Source of the DNA: Pirellulales bacterium | GTDB lineage: Bacteria; Planctomycetota; Planctomycetia; Pirellulales; PNKZ01 | DNA: 64,000 nucleotides | Reading direction: 5' to 3' | Assembly: GCA_036272935.1 (NCBI GenBank) | Contig: DATAXP010000009.1 | Span: forward strand, 6,876 to 70,875 | In this document: positions 1 to 8,748 of the stretch, one piece after another | Layout of the letters: each line of letters begins with the position of its first letter | Numbering within the stretch: position 1 is the first letter of the stretch | Notes under the pieces: model-generated | Seen by the model: the letters and a program-made list of their open reading frames with translations, nothing else | Databases searched by the model: none | Told to the model about the DNA's origin: nothing | Made by a program: the position numbers and the translations under genes

Positions 1-2
1 AT

Positions 3-1532
3 CTCGCGCAGGGCGTCGGCCCCGTCCTCGGCGTCGACGATCGACAGATGATTGAGCGCCAGGTGCGACACCAGCCGCCAGCGCCCTTCCGATAGCGGCA
101 GCCGCGCGGCCGACGTGGGCGGGACGATCGGCACGATGCGCTCGACCGGCGCGTGCCCTTCGAGCTGGAAGCCCCAGCTCTCGCCGCCGCTGGAGCGCAG
201 CTCGCCGGGCAAATCGCGGTTGGTGCAGGTGGTCTGAATCTGGAGCACATCCGCCGGGTCGATCGACGGGTTGAAGTCGAGGTCGACCAGCGAGATGTAC
301 ATCTCGGTGCCGGCATCGCTTTTCTGCACGCTCGGTTGCCGACGCGCATACCAATATGTTTTGGCTCGCTCGGCCGCCACGCCGTGCTTGAACGAATAAA
401 ACGGCTGATATTCCTTCGTTACGTGCGTATCGAGATTGGTCGTCCGCACCGCGTCGATCGAATACACCTCCATCGCCCCCGGTGAGCGGACGTCGGGAAT
501 GACGTGGTAGCGGTGCTTGGTGTGCGCGAGGTGGATCGGATCGGCTTCCTGCGTGAACAGGTTCACGATCGGGGCACAACCCAGGCGGAACGTATCGGCC
601 TTCACGCGCGTCTCGAGCGCCGGCACCGAGCGGTCGAGGAACAGAAAAATCTCCAGCCGATCGCGATATCCCTTGCCTCGCGAACACTCAAGCCCCTCGA
701 TATCGAGGAACATAAACTTGCTGGGGAAGGTGAAATACTCGGTGAGCAGGCGGTACCCGGGAAACGAACGCGGACTGTACGGCAACATTCCCTCGTCGCG
801 CTCGAAACCCACCGGGCGCACCACGGCGGCCGGCAGCACGGTTGAAGGCAGCGCTGTCGAAGGGGCGTTCGGCCCCGGCGCGCGAACCAACACCTGCGTG
901 ACATGGTTGAAGATCAGCTCGTACAGCGTGCGCGTGGTCAGATCGTCACCGCTGAGAAACAGCCGCAGCCGGTCGAGCTGCAATTCCGCCAGCGAAGTTT
1001 CGCCGGTGGTGCGCAGCTCGAGCCGCACCAATGCCGGCGCGCCGCTCGATACTCCCGGCGGCGTCACGTCGGCAAACGGGGCGGTCTGATACCGCGCGGC
1101 GGTGATCTCCAGCGGCCACAGCGTTACCGGGTAGGCGGTGCGGAACCGGCACGACACATCGCGCACGGTGCGCGAGTACAGCTTGCTGTGCCGTGGCAGC
1201 GTGTAGCCGCTGGTGAGCTTTCCCTGGCCGGGATCGACATGGAACTGCACGATCGACATCGACGGAATCGGCGCCAGGTAGTGCGGATACAGGATGTTCA
1301 GCAGGGCGTCGGTCAGCTCGGAGAAATCGTCGTCGAGTTTCAGGCGAACCCGCGCGGTCAGGAAAGCGAACGCCTCGATCAGCCGCTCGACGTGCGGGTC
1401 TTCCGAAACGCCGGTCTCGCGATCGAGCAGCAGCCTGTCGGCAATTTTCGGTCGCTGCCGGGCGAATTCGTTCCCCAGCCGACGGATGAACGTCAGCTCG
1501 TCTTCGTAGCGGCGCTCCAGGGCGTCAGTCAT
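3..1532 (-). CDS. tssF: T6SS baseplate subunit TssF (partial, runs off the left edge)
   Basis: Manual translation from the ATG at 1532 gives MTDALERRYEDELTFIRRLGNEFARQRPKIADRL...EDPHVERLIEAFAFL...YPHYLAPIPSMSIVQF, the classic TssF N-terminus. It directly follows tssE. Absent from the ORF track because it has no stop in the window. Confidence 0.93.
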   Translation of the reverse strand, partial: MTDALERRYEDELTFIRRLGNEFARQRPKIADRLLLDRETGVSEDPHVERLIEAFAFLTARVRLKLDDDFSELTDALLNILYPHYLAPIPSMSIVQFHVDPGQGKLTSGYTLPRHSKLYSRTVRDVSCRFRTAYPVTLWPLEITAARYQTAPFADVTPPGVSSGAPALVRLELRTTGETSLAELQLDRLRLFLSGDDLTTRTLYELIFNHVTQVLVRAPGPNAPSTALPSTVLPAAVVRPVGFERDEGMLPYSPRSFPGYRLLTEYFTFPSKFMFLDIEGLECSRGKGYRDRLEIFLFLDRSVPALETRVKADTFRLGCAPIVNLFTQEADPIHLAHTKHRYHVIPDVRSPGAMEVYSIDAVRTTNLDTHVTKEYQPFYSFKHGVAAERAKTYWYARRQPSVQKSDAGTEMYISLVDLDFNPSIDPADVLQIQTTCTNRDLPGELRSSGGESWGFQLEGHAPVERIVPIVPPTSAARLPLSEGRWRLVSHLALNHLSIVDAEDGADALRE

Positions 1533-1535
1533 GAG

Positions 1536-2024
1536 TTAGCGACTCTTTACCGAGCATTGCCCCGAGGCGGGCTGCACGATCGTGTCGAAGGTGATTGGCA
1601 ACGGGTTCGGCTCGACCCACAACAGGCCGTCGACCGTGAGGCGCAGGACGCGATCGTAATCGTTCCGCGGTTCGTGCAGCGTGGCGCGCACCTGCCGCAG
1701 CCGCGGCTCGAAGCGCGTGATCGCCTCCTCGACCGCCCGGCGGAGCAATTCTCGTTCGGCCTGGCTGCCGACGCCGGTGGCCGTCAGCTCAGGCAGGCCA
1801 TAGGTTAGCACGGAACGGGCAATCTCGCCGTCGCTGCCGACCAGATCCGAACGCACCCGGCGAGTGTTCAACAGATTTTCGAGATCGCGCAACACGCCCA
1901 TCTCGAACTCGCGCAGGCTCTGCGCCTGCCGCCACGCCGGCTCGGTCGAGACGTCGGGCTCGGTGTCGATCAACCGATCAACCAACGATGGCAAGAGCGG
2001 CTGCTGTGATTCGAGTTTGGCCAT
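1536..2024 (-). CDS. tssE: T6SS baseplate subunit TssE (gp25-like)
   Basis: LLPSLVDRL...RDLENLLNTR...YGLP...AITRFEPRL motifs; position in the T6SS operon. Confidence 0.92.
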   Translation of the reverse strand: MAKLESQQPLLPSLVDRLIDTEPDVSTEPAWRQAQSLREFEMGVLRDLENLLNTRRVRSDLVGSDGEIARSVLTYGLPELTATGVGSQAERELLRRAVEEAITRFEPRLRQVRATLHEPRNDYDRVLRLTVDGLLWVEPNPLPITFDTIVQPASGQCSVKSR

Positions 2025-2063
2025 CGGAGCAGGGGTCGGGAGTCGGGATTCAGGAGCCGGGCG

Positions 2064-3638
2064 TCACGCGACGAGCAGAGCTTTGTTGGCCAGGCGCTGC
2101 AGGCTGGGGCCGAGCAGTTCGTCGAGCACCGCCGGCAGCGGCGGTGAGTCGGGCTTGGCTTCGTGCTGCAATTCGCCGCTGGCAACCGCGTGCCCCAGCG
2201 CCTCGACCAGCGCGGCACGATCGCGTGAGCCGTCGAGATTGCGCAGCACGGCAACGTCGAAATCGCTCAGGTCGGTCATGTAGTGCCGCAGGGTCGCCAC
2301 ACGCGACGTGTGGCGCGCCTGGAGCCGCGCGACGGCACTGGCCACCGGCCGCTCGGTCGGCTCGACCACGTACGGAGCGGCGTAGGTGTGCAGCTCAACC
2401 AAGCCGGCAATGTACGAGTTCAGCACCAACTGGGCGAGCGTGCGGCGATCGATCTGAAGGCGCGTGTCGTCCAGCGTCGGCCTCGCGACGAGCTGCCGCT
2501 CGACTTGCTGCCAGAGTTCGTCGAGGCGCACCGGTCGCGGAAACACCTGGGCCAGCGTCACCAGCGCGAGTTTCGCCAACGGGTGATCGCTGGTCACCTC
2601 GATGCCATCGGGCGTGCGGAAGTCCTCGGGGGCGGTCGACCACACGTCGGGCTCGGCACGCGCCGGCTGGCAATGGGCGACGATGTACAGCTCAGCCAGC
2701 GCGTCGACCGATAGATGAGGCGACATGGCGATGTCGCTGTGGCACAGCACGGTGCGGCGGAACGTGCGGTCGCGGATGAAGTCGAGATACTGTTCGATCT
2801 CGATCGGATCGCTGGTCCAGCGGCCAAGCGTTTCCTTCACGTCGTCGGGGCACTTGCCGACCAGGTCGCCGTATTTCGGTTCGCCGATGCACTGCAACCC
2901 CTTGGCCGCGGCGCGCTCGGCAAACTGGTAGAAGTACAGCGGCTCGTTAATGTCTTCGAGATGCTCGTGCAGCAGGTAATAATCGGGCTGGTTGCGCAGC
3001 GCCTCGGCCTCTTCCTTGAGCAGATGGGCGTACAGTCCCTTGGGGAGCCGGACATTGGTGGTGAGGAAATCAAGGAACTCGCGGGCCTCGCGCACGCGCA
3101 CCGCCTTATCCTCGAACCGCTTGACGTGGAAGCACATCATTTCGCGCACCATGCGGCGGACGTGCCAGCCAGGGAACGTGTTGTAGCTGATGTAGGCCAG
3201 GCCGTGCGGGGCAAGGTGCCGGGAGCTGATCGCGAGGATCTTGTCCTGCACCACCGGCGGCACCCATGAGTAGACGCCGTGGCAGAGGATGTAGTCGAAC
3301 GTGCCAACATCGTCGGGCACGTCGAGGATGCTCATCGCCCGCAAATCGAGGTTCTTGATGCCCAGCATATCGACCACGCGCTGCCCCATCGCCACTTGGC
3401 GCGGCGACAGATCGATGCCGACCAACTGGGCCCGCGGCAGCGAGTAGGCCATCGGGATCAGGTTCCCGCCATCGGCGCAACCAAGTTCCAGAACGCGGCA
3501 GGTTTCGACCGGCGGCGGTTTGATGCCGACCAGAGTGCCCAGCGTCGCCAAGGCCGAGGGATGCGTGTAGTGGAACGGATGGCTGTCGTAGGGGACTTCT
3601 TCGTAGGTGCAAGTTTCGACGTCCAGCATTGCCACCAT
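2064..3638 (-). CDS. Class I SAM-dependent methyltransferase with regulatory domain (PKMT-like)
   Basis: YEEVPY..HP, VLELGCADGGN (SAM motif I), FDYILCHGVYSWV, YISYNTFPGW, YLLHEHLE, QYLDF..RTFRRTVL. Confidence 0.85.
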   Translation of the reverse strand: MVAMLDVETCTYEEVPYDSHPFHYTHPSALATLGTLVGIKPPPVETCRVLELGCADGGNLIPMAYSLPRAQLVGIDLSPRQVAMGQRVVDMLGIKNLDLRAMSILDVPDDVGTFDYILCHGVYSWVPPVVQDKILAISSRHLAPHGLAYISYNTFPGWHVRRMVREMMCFHVKRFEDKAVRVREAREFLDFLTTNVRLPKGLYAHLLKEEAEALRNQPDYYLLHEHLEDINEPLYFYQFAERAAAKGLQCIGEPKYGDLVGKCPDDVKETLGRWTSDPIEIEQYLDFIRDRTFRRTVLCHSDIAMSPHLSVDALAELYIVAHCQPARAEPDVWSTAPEDFRTPDGIEVTSDHPLAKLALVTLAQVFPRPVRLDELWQQVERQLVARPTLDDTRLQIDRRTLAQLVLNSYIAGLVELHTYAAPYVVEPTERPVASAVARLQARHTSRVATLRHYMTDLSDFDVAVLRNLDGSRDRAALVEALGHAVASGELQHEAKPDSPPLPAVLDELLGPSLQRLANKALLVA

Positions 3639-3652
3639 TCCTTTGCATTAGT

Positions 3653-3778
3653 TCCCTGTCCCTTCGGGAGAGGGTGGTCGCCGCTGCGGCGACCGGGTGA
3701 GGGCGAAGCGGGCTTGCGCGTCCATGCCGCCTCACCCTCATCTGCCCTTCGGGCACCTTCTCCCAGAGGGAGAAGGCC
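3653..3778. repeat. REP-like composite palindromic repeat (family 1, CCCTCTCCC/GGGAGAGG type)
   Basis: Multiple hairpins; closely similar copy at 22852-22979 and partial copies at 44293-45218. Confidence 0.75.
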
Positions 3779-3787
3779 TGGATTTCG

Positions 3788-4579
3788 TCATTCTTGGACT
3801 ATGCTCACATTCCGCATTTCCAACAATCCCAGCGCTTCGTCGCCGACCAGCAGCGTGCGCATGCCCTGGCCCGTCGTCGGGCCGCCGGGCTCGGCCGACC
3901 AGTCGGTCAGGCGCCCCAGCTTCACCTGGTCGTCGGCGTGCTCGTGCGACCCGTGGTAGCGCACTGGCATGTAGCCCGAGCGCTCGGCGCCGTCAGTGAG
4001 TGTCAGCCGGACTGGGATCCACAGCAGGTCGCGTGGCCGCTCGGGTGCAGTGATCTCCAGCGAGCGCACCTGCTCCAGCGGCAGCCAGAGGTAATCTTGC
4101 AAAACCATTAGCTCGAGCACCGGCGACAGCAGGTCGTCGCAATCGCGCAGGTCGTCGAACGTGCGGCCATCGGCGCTGCCCGTCACGGCGGGATACATAT
4201 CTTCCGCTTCGTCGAGTGCGGCGCGGGCTTCGTCGGGGTGCCCTTCGCGCAGGCGGTTGATCGCTTCGAGGTGCAGCCGCACGTAGGGCGGCCAGTCGAG
4301 GAGCGCCTCGGGCTTGAGTCCTTCGGAAAACAGCCGGCGGCGCTTGCGCTCGGCGGCGATCAGGTTGCGATACACCTGCACGGCCCACTCGCTCTTTTCG
4401 TCGAGCTGGGCGATGGCGTCGAGCTGCTTCTCGGCACGATCTAATTCACCGGCGAAGCACAGCAGCTCGAACAGCAGGGTGCGGGCGCTCAAGTCGGTCG
4501 GGCGCGATTTGACTTGCTGCGTCACGCCGGCGATGGCGGCCGTCAGGTCTCCGTCGGCGAATAGTTGCTTGATATCCAT
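3788..4579 (-). CDS. tagJ: T6SS accessory protein TagJ/ImpE/SciE
   Basis: Start re-assigned to MDIKQLF. Motifs: VKSRPTD...LFELLCFAGELDRAEKQL, DCDD.L.PVLE, RDLLWIP, P.RYHGS, LGRLTDW, GQGMR. Confidence 0.9.
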   Translation of the reverse strand: MDIKQLFADGDLTAAIAGVTQQVKSRPTDLSARTLLFELLCFAGELDRAEKQLDAIAQLDEKSEWAVQVYRNLIAAERKRRRLFSEGLKPEALLDWPPYVRLHLEAINRLREGHPDEARAALDEAEDMYPAVTGSADGRTFDDLRDCDDLLSPVLELMVLQDYLWLPLEQVRSLEITAPERPRDLLWIPVRLTLTDGAERSGYMPVRYHGSHEHADDQVKLGRLTDWSAEPGGPTTGQGMRTLLVGDEALGLLEMRNVSIVQE

Positions 4580-4603
4580 CAGTGCACGAAGCGCGAGCGC
4601 ACG

Positions 4604-4640
4604 AAAAAAGCCGGAGCGCCCGACGAATCGAGCGCTCCGG
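4604..4640 (-). terminator. Intrinsic terminator downstream of hcp
   Basis: CCGGAGCGC-C-CGA-cgaa-TCG-A-GCGCTCCGG hairpin with an A6 tract at 4604-4609 (U-tract on the minus strand). Confidence 0.75.
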
Positions 4641-4661
4641 ACGAGTGCCACGAGGGGTTGA

Positions 4662-5153
4662 TTACATGCTCTTGTTGGCTGTGAGATCCCAGCCGGCCTT
4701 GACCGGGCCGCCGAGGCCACCCTTGGAGTCCTGCGGCTTGTAGTCGAGCTGAAGCTTCGAGAAGTTCAGGCTAACCTGGTCGACCGGAACGATGTCGGAA
4801 TGTCCACTGCCGCCGGTCTGGTAGCTCGACACCAGCAGTCCGCTCATCGTGATCTTGAGGTACTCCTGCTGATCCTTGCCCGCCTTGCGGCAGGTGAGGA
4901 CCGCTTCGTCGATGTGGTCGCCGCCGGCGCAGGCCAGGAACAGCTTTGCCGAAGCCTTGCTGATCTTGGCGGTGAAGTGGAAGTCCTGCATGCTCACCTT
5001 GCCGGCGCCGCCGCCGCTACCTTGAGCATGCGAGCCACTCTGCGTCTCGCCCCAGCTCCAGCTTTCAACGTCGATTTCGTTCTTGTGCTTCGAGTCGTTC
5101 GACTCGCCTTCGATGCCCTTGATCTTCAGAAAAAAGTCCGTGAGCCCAGCCAT
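4662..5153 (-). CDS. hcp: T6SS tube protein Hcp (TssD)
   Basis: FLKIKGIEGES.D.KHKNEIDV.SWSWG, GGGAGKVS.QD, LNFSK; 163 aa. Confidence 0.97.
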   Translation of the reverse strand: MAGLTDFFLKIKGIEGESNDSKHKNEIDVESWSWGETQSGSHAQGSGGGAGKVSMQDFHFTAKISKASAKLFLACAGGDHIDEAVLTCRKAGKDQQEYLKITMSGLLVSSYQTGGSGHSDIVPVDQVSLNFSKLQLDYKPQDSKGGLGGPVKAGWDLTANKSM

Positions 5154-5229
5154 TGTTCGTTCTCCTGAAAAGTGTGACGCCAGAATGAGTTAGTTGCTTG
5201 ACCGAGTACTGAGGCCTCTCTGGCTACGA

Positions 5230-5256
5230 TTGTCGACGCGGAGCGGAAAAAGTTGC
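5230..5256 (-). promoter_or_regulatory. Putative sigma28 (FliA)-like promoter of hcp
   Basis: Minus strand GCAACTTT-N11-GTCGACAA versus the sigma28 consensus TAAAGTTT-N11-GCCGATAA. Confidence 0.5.
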
Positions 5257-5400
5257 CTCGAATTTGAAAAAAGCACACTAGCCGTCAGCCGGTAGCATCT
5301 GTCGAGCCAAAGGCGAGACGGCACCAATCGGCTTCGGTGCGTCTCATCCGCCTGCGGCGAACTCGACAGCACCTTACAACGGACCGCTAACCGCTTCTAC

Positions 5401-6891
5401 TTAGCCCTTGGCCTCCGGCAACTCGGCGACCAGCCGCAGCGACACGCTCAGCTCTTCCAATTGGAAGTGCGGCCGCAGGTGGGCCACCGCCTCGTAGCAG
5501 CCGGGCTTCCCCTTCACTTCGCGGACCACGACGCGCGCCTCGCGCAACGGATTCTTGGCCTTCATCTCCTGGCCGGCGCTTTCGGGATTCGCTAGGCAGT
5601 AGTTCTGAATCCAGCGGTTCAGCCACGCCTCGCATTCGTCGCGCTCCATGAACGCGCCGATCTTGTCGCGGGCCATCGCCTTGAGGTAATGAGCGAAGCG
5701 CGACACGCACAGGATGTACTGCAACATCGTCGACAGCCGAGCGTTGGCGTTGGCGTCGTCGCGATCGTACAGCTTGGGCTTCTGCGCGCTCTGCGTGCCG
5801 AAGAACGCCGCGAAGTCGGTCCCCTTGCAATGGCACAAGGGGATGAAGCCGAGGTCGGCGAATTCCTTCTCGCGGCGGTCGGTGATGGCGATCTCGGTTG
5901 GGCACTTGAGCGCCACCTCGCCTTCGTCGGTTGCGAAGGTGTGGGTCGGCATCCCTTCGACCAGGCCGCCCCCTTCGACGCCACGGATGGCCGCCAGCCA
6001 GCCGTACTTGGCGAACGCATCGGTGATGCGCGTTCCCAGAGCATACGCCGCGTTGGTCCACAGGTACTTGGCGTGGTCCTTGCCGTCGACGTCTTCCTCG
6101 AAGTTGAACGCCTCGACCGGCACCGTCTCCTTGCCGTACGGCAGGCGGCCAAGGGTGTGCGGCAGGGTGAGCCCCACGTAGCGCGAATCTTCCGAGTCGC
6201 GGAAGCTCTTCCACTTCACGTACTCGGTCTGATCCATGATCTTGGCCAGGTCGCGCGGACCCGACAGCTCGGTGAAGCTGTCCCAGCCGAACATCAGCGG
6301 GCTGGCGGCCGACAGGAACGGAGCGTGCGCCGCGGCGGCGACGTTGCTGATCCGCTCCAGCAAGGCCATGTCCTGCGGGTGACGGCCGAACTCATAATCG
6401 CCGATCAGGCAGCCATAGGGCGCACCGCCGAACATGCCGTACTCGTCCTCGTACACCTTCTTGAACAGCGCGCTCTGGTCGAACTCGCTGGCCCGCTCCA
6501 TGTCCTTGAGCAGGTCCTTCTTCGAGGCGTTGAGCACGCGGATTTTCAGACTGGTGCTGGTTTCGGTCTGCATCACCAGGTAGTTCAGCCCACGCCACGA
6601 CGCCTCGAGTTGCTGGAACTCGGCGTTGTGCATGATCTCGTTGAGCTGGGCCGACAGCATCCGGTCGATCTCGGCGATGCGCAGATTGATGGTCTTCTCG
6701 GTATCCTTCGCGACCACCATGCTGGGATCGAGCAGCTGGCCGACGAACTCCTTGAGCAGGTCTTTGCCGCGTTGCAAGGCGTCGTCATCGCGGGCGCGCA
6801 TCCCCTGCTTTAAGATGGTGTCGAGCAGCGACGTGTCGGTCGTGGTGGTGGTCGTGGCGGCTTGGGTTTTGGCTTCTTCTTGGGCACTCAT
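5401..6891 (-). CDS. tssC: T6SS contractile sheath large subunit TssC
   Basis: FQQLEASWRGL, AAAAHAPF, IRGVEGGG.VE.MP, CPTEIAITDRREKE, LRPHFQLE. Confidence 0.97.
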   Translation of the reverse strand: MSAQEEAKTQAATTTTTTDTSLLDTILKQGMRARDDDALQRGKDLLKEFVGQLLDPSMVVAKDTEKTINLRIAEIDRMLSAQLNEIMHNAEFQQLEASWRGLNYLVMQTETSTSLKIRVLNASKKDLLKDMERASEFDQSALFKKVYEDEYGMFGGAPYGCLIGDYEFGRHPQDMALLERISNVAAAAHAPFLSAASPLMFGWDSFTELSGPRDLAKIMDQTEYVKWKSFRDSEDSRYVGLTLPHTLGRLPYGKETVPVEAFNFEEDVDGKDHAKYLWTNAAYALGTRITDAFAKYGWLAAIRGVEGGGLVEGMPTHTFATDEGEVALKCPTEIAITDRREKEFADLGFIPLCHCKGTDFAAFFGTQSAQKPKLYDRDDANANARLSTMLQYILCVSRFAHYLKAMARDKIGAFMERDECEAWLNRWIQNYCLANPESAGQEMKAKNPLREARVVVREVKGKPGCYEAVAHLRPHFQLEELSVSLRLVAELPEAKG

Positions 6892-6900
6892 CGTTTCGTC

Positions 6901-7437
6901 CTATTCTTGGCCAGGTTCTTTGGTTTCGGCGCCTTCCACTCCAAGGGCCTGCGAGAGCTTATCACGCGAGTCGTTGTTCTTGATGATGTCTTCCAACAGG
7001 GCCTCCAGCTTGTCGTTGCCCTCCATCTTGTTGAGCAGATCCTTCAGCTTGTCGCGTGTCTCGAGCAGCTTGCGCATCGGCGCCACTTGCTTGACCACGT
7101 TCTCCGGCTCGAAGTCGTCCATGCTTTTGAAGCGCAGCTCGACGTTCAGGTTCTGCCCTGCCTTGCCCGAGAGCTTGTCGTCGATGCGCAGCGCCAGTCG
7201 CGGGCTCATGCCGGCCAGCACCTTGTCGAAGTTGTCGCGGTCGATCTCGACGAACTTCCGCTCCTTCATCGGCGGCAGGGGCTGGTCGGGCTTGCCCGAA
7301 AAATCGCCCATCACGCCGACGACGAACGGCAGCTCCTTGAGCTGCATCGCGCCGTTGACTTCGACGTCGTAGGTGATCTGCACGCGCGGCTTGCGCACGC
7401 GGTCGAGCTTGTGCTGCGTACTCTCTTTCTTGGCCAT
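6901..7437 (-). CDS. tssB: T6SS contractile sheath small subunit TssB
   Basis: KLDRVRKPRVQITYDVE, ELPFVVGVMGDFSG, RKFVEIDRDNFD; start placed at MAKKES. Confidence 0.97.
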   Translation of the reverse strand: MAKKESTQHKLDRVRKPRVQITYDVEVNGAMQLKELPFVVGVMGDFSGKPDQPLPPMKERKFVEIDRDNFDKVLAGMSPRLALRIDDKLSGKAGQNLNVELRFKSMDDFEPENVVKQVAPMRKLLETRDKLKDLLNKMEGNDKLEALLEDIIKNNDSRDKLSQALGVEGAETKEPGQE

Positions 7438-7505
7438 GAAAGGCTCTCCAGTATGAGAAGCGATAAGCAATTAGCAGTAGCGATTGGCAATCAACAACTC
7501 TCGAT

Positions 7506-8591
7506 TCATCCGGTGCTTTCGGGACGGCGGATGCCCAGCAACTCGCCCACCTGGCCGCGGACGCCTTCGTCGCGGATCAGCTCGTTGAGCAACTGCTCGA
7601 ACGGCATGTGGCCCCAGGCCACGGCCCGTTCGATCAGGTAAGCCACCGGGCTTTGCGGCTCCGTCTGACGCAGGTAATGGGCCACTTCGGCCAGCCGGCG
7701 GAATGCTTCTTGCCGCGAAGCGATCGGTCCCTTCATCGGCGTCATGCCGCCGGCCGCGGCCTCGCCGTTGGTCGCTTCGCCGGCCGGCTGTTCGCTGGCC
7801 TCCTCGGCAAGCCCGCCTTTATCGCGCACGATACGGCGCAGCAGCGCTTCGACTTCCTCAAGCGCCTGGCGCAGGGCGGTAGTTCCCGGCGCGAGCTTAG
7901 CGAAGCGGGCATCGAGCACCTTGTCGAGATTCTTCAGCTCGGCCGCTGCCTCGAGCGCGTCTTGCCGCAACTGCACGACAAAGTCGCGGGGCGTGGCGGT
8001 CACCGCCTCCTCGAACTTCCGCGCCCGTTCTTCCGCTTCGGCCTTGCGGCGATCGTAAGCGTTGTTGTCCTCGTTCTCGCCCTTGGGCGATAGCTTGCGC
8101 GAGTTCCAATAGTTCCACGAATACGCTTCGTCGGAGGCCGCAGCGAGCGGCACGTCGCGCAGTGCATTCGGCAGCCGTGCGCCCCCTTTGGAATCGGTCA
8201 GAAACACCAGCGGCGCGACGCGCGTCTCCAGGTCGCCATCCTCTGGCAACGGATACACGCCGTCCCAGAACGTGTCGAGCAATGTCCCGACCAGCTTGAC
8301 GCCGTCGCGCAGCCCGGCGAAGCCTTGCATACTCACCAGCGCCTCGACCAGCCAACTGGCAATCATCAGGTCTTTCGACTGCTTGGCCAACGCATCGCTG
8401 GTCAGATCGACGACCTTCCGCCACTCGACGGCCGGTGCCTCATCGGTCCCCAGCATATCGCGGTCGCCGCGCTGCCGGGCCGATTTGATCTCCTGATAGA
8501 TCGGCTCCCAGCGCAGATCGACGCCGCACGGATTGCCGCCAGCAATCGGCGCCAAGAGGCGATCGAAATCCACCTGCGGAGCCGAAGCCAT
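7506..8591 (-). CDS. tssA: T6SS TssA (ImpA_N domain, short form)
   Basis: LLAPI...PCGVDLR, SKDL.IA.WL.EAL, FWDGVYP and C-terminal EPQSPV.YL..RA..W. Confidence 0.92.
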   Translation of the reverse strand: MASAPQVDFDRLLAPIAGGNPCGVDLRWEPIYQEIKSARQRGDRDMLGTDEAPAVEWRKVVDLTSDALAKQSKDLMIASWLVEALVSMQGFAGLRDGVKLVGTLLDTFWDGVYPLPEDGDLETRVAPLVFLTDSKGGARLPNALRDVPLAAASDEAYSWNYWNSRKLSPKGENEDNNAYDRRKAEAEERARKFEEAVTATPRDFVVQLRQDALEAAAELKNLDKVLDARFAKLAPGTTALRQALEEVEALLRRIVRDKGGLAEEASEQPAGEATNGEAAAGGMTPMKGPIASRQEAFRRLAEVAHYLRQTEPQSPVAYLIERAVAWGHMPFEQLLNELIRDEGVRGQVGELLGIRRPESTG

Positions 8592-8748
8592 GCGCATTCG
8601 TCCGACAAGAAGAGCGGACGCCCCAGTTGGCATGCAGCCGATCGGTGATGTAAGCGTCGCCCCAGCCTGCGGCTCAGTATAAGTGGGCGCAATCGAAAGT
8701 AAATGACTGGGCGTTAAATTCCGGCCGACCTTCGATCGCTGGTGCCTT

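Noticed and set aside
3-8591. Extracellular contractile injection system or prophage tail
   Set aside because: The split TssB/TssC sheath, Hcp, TssA and TssK/L/M identify a T6SS.
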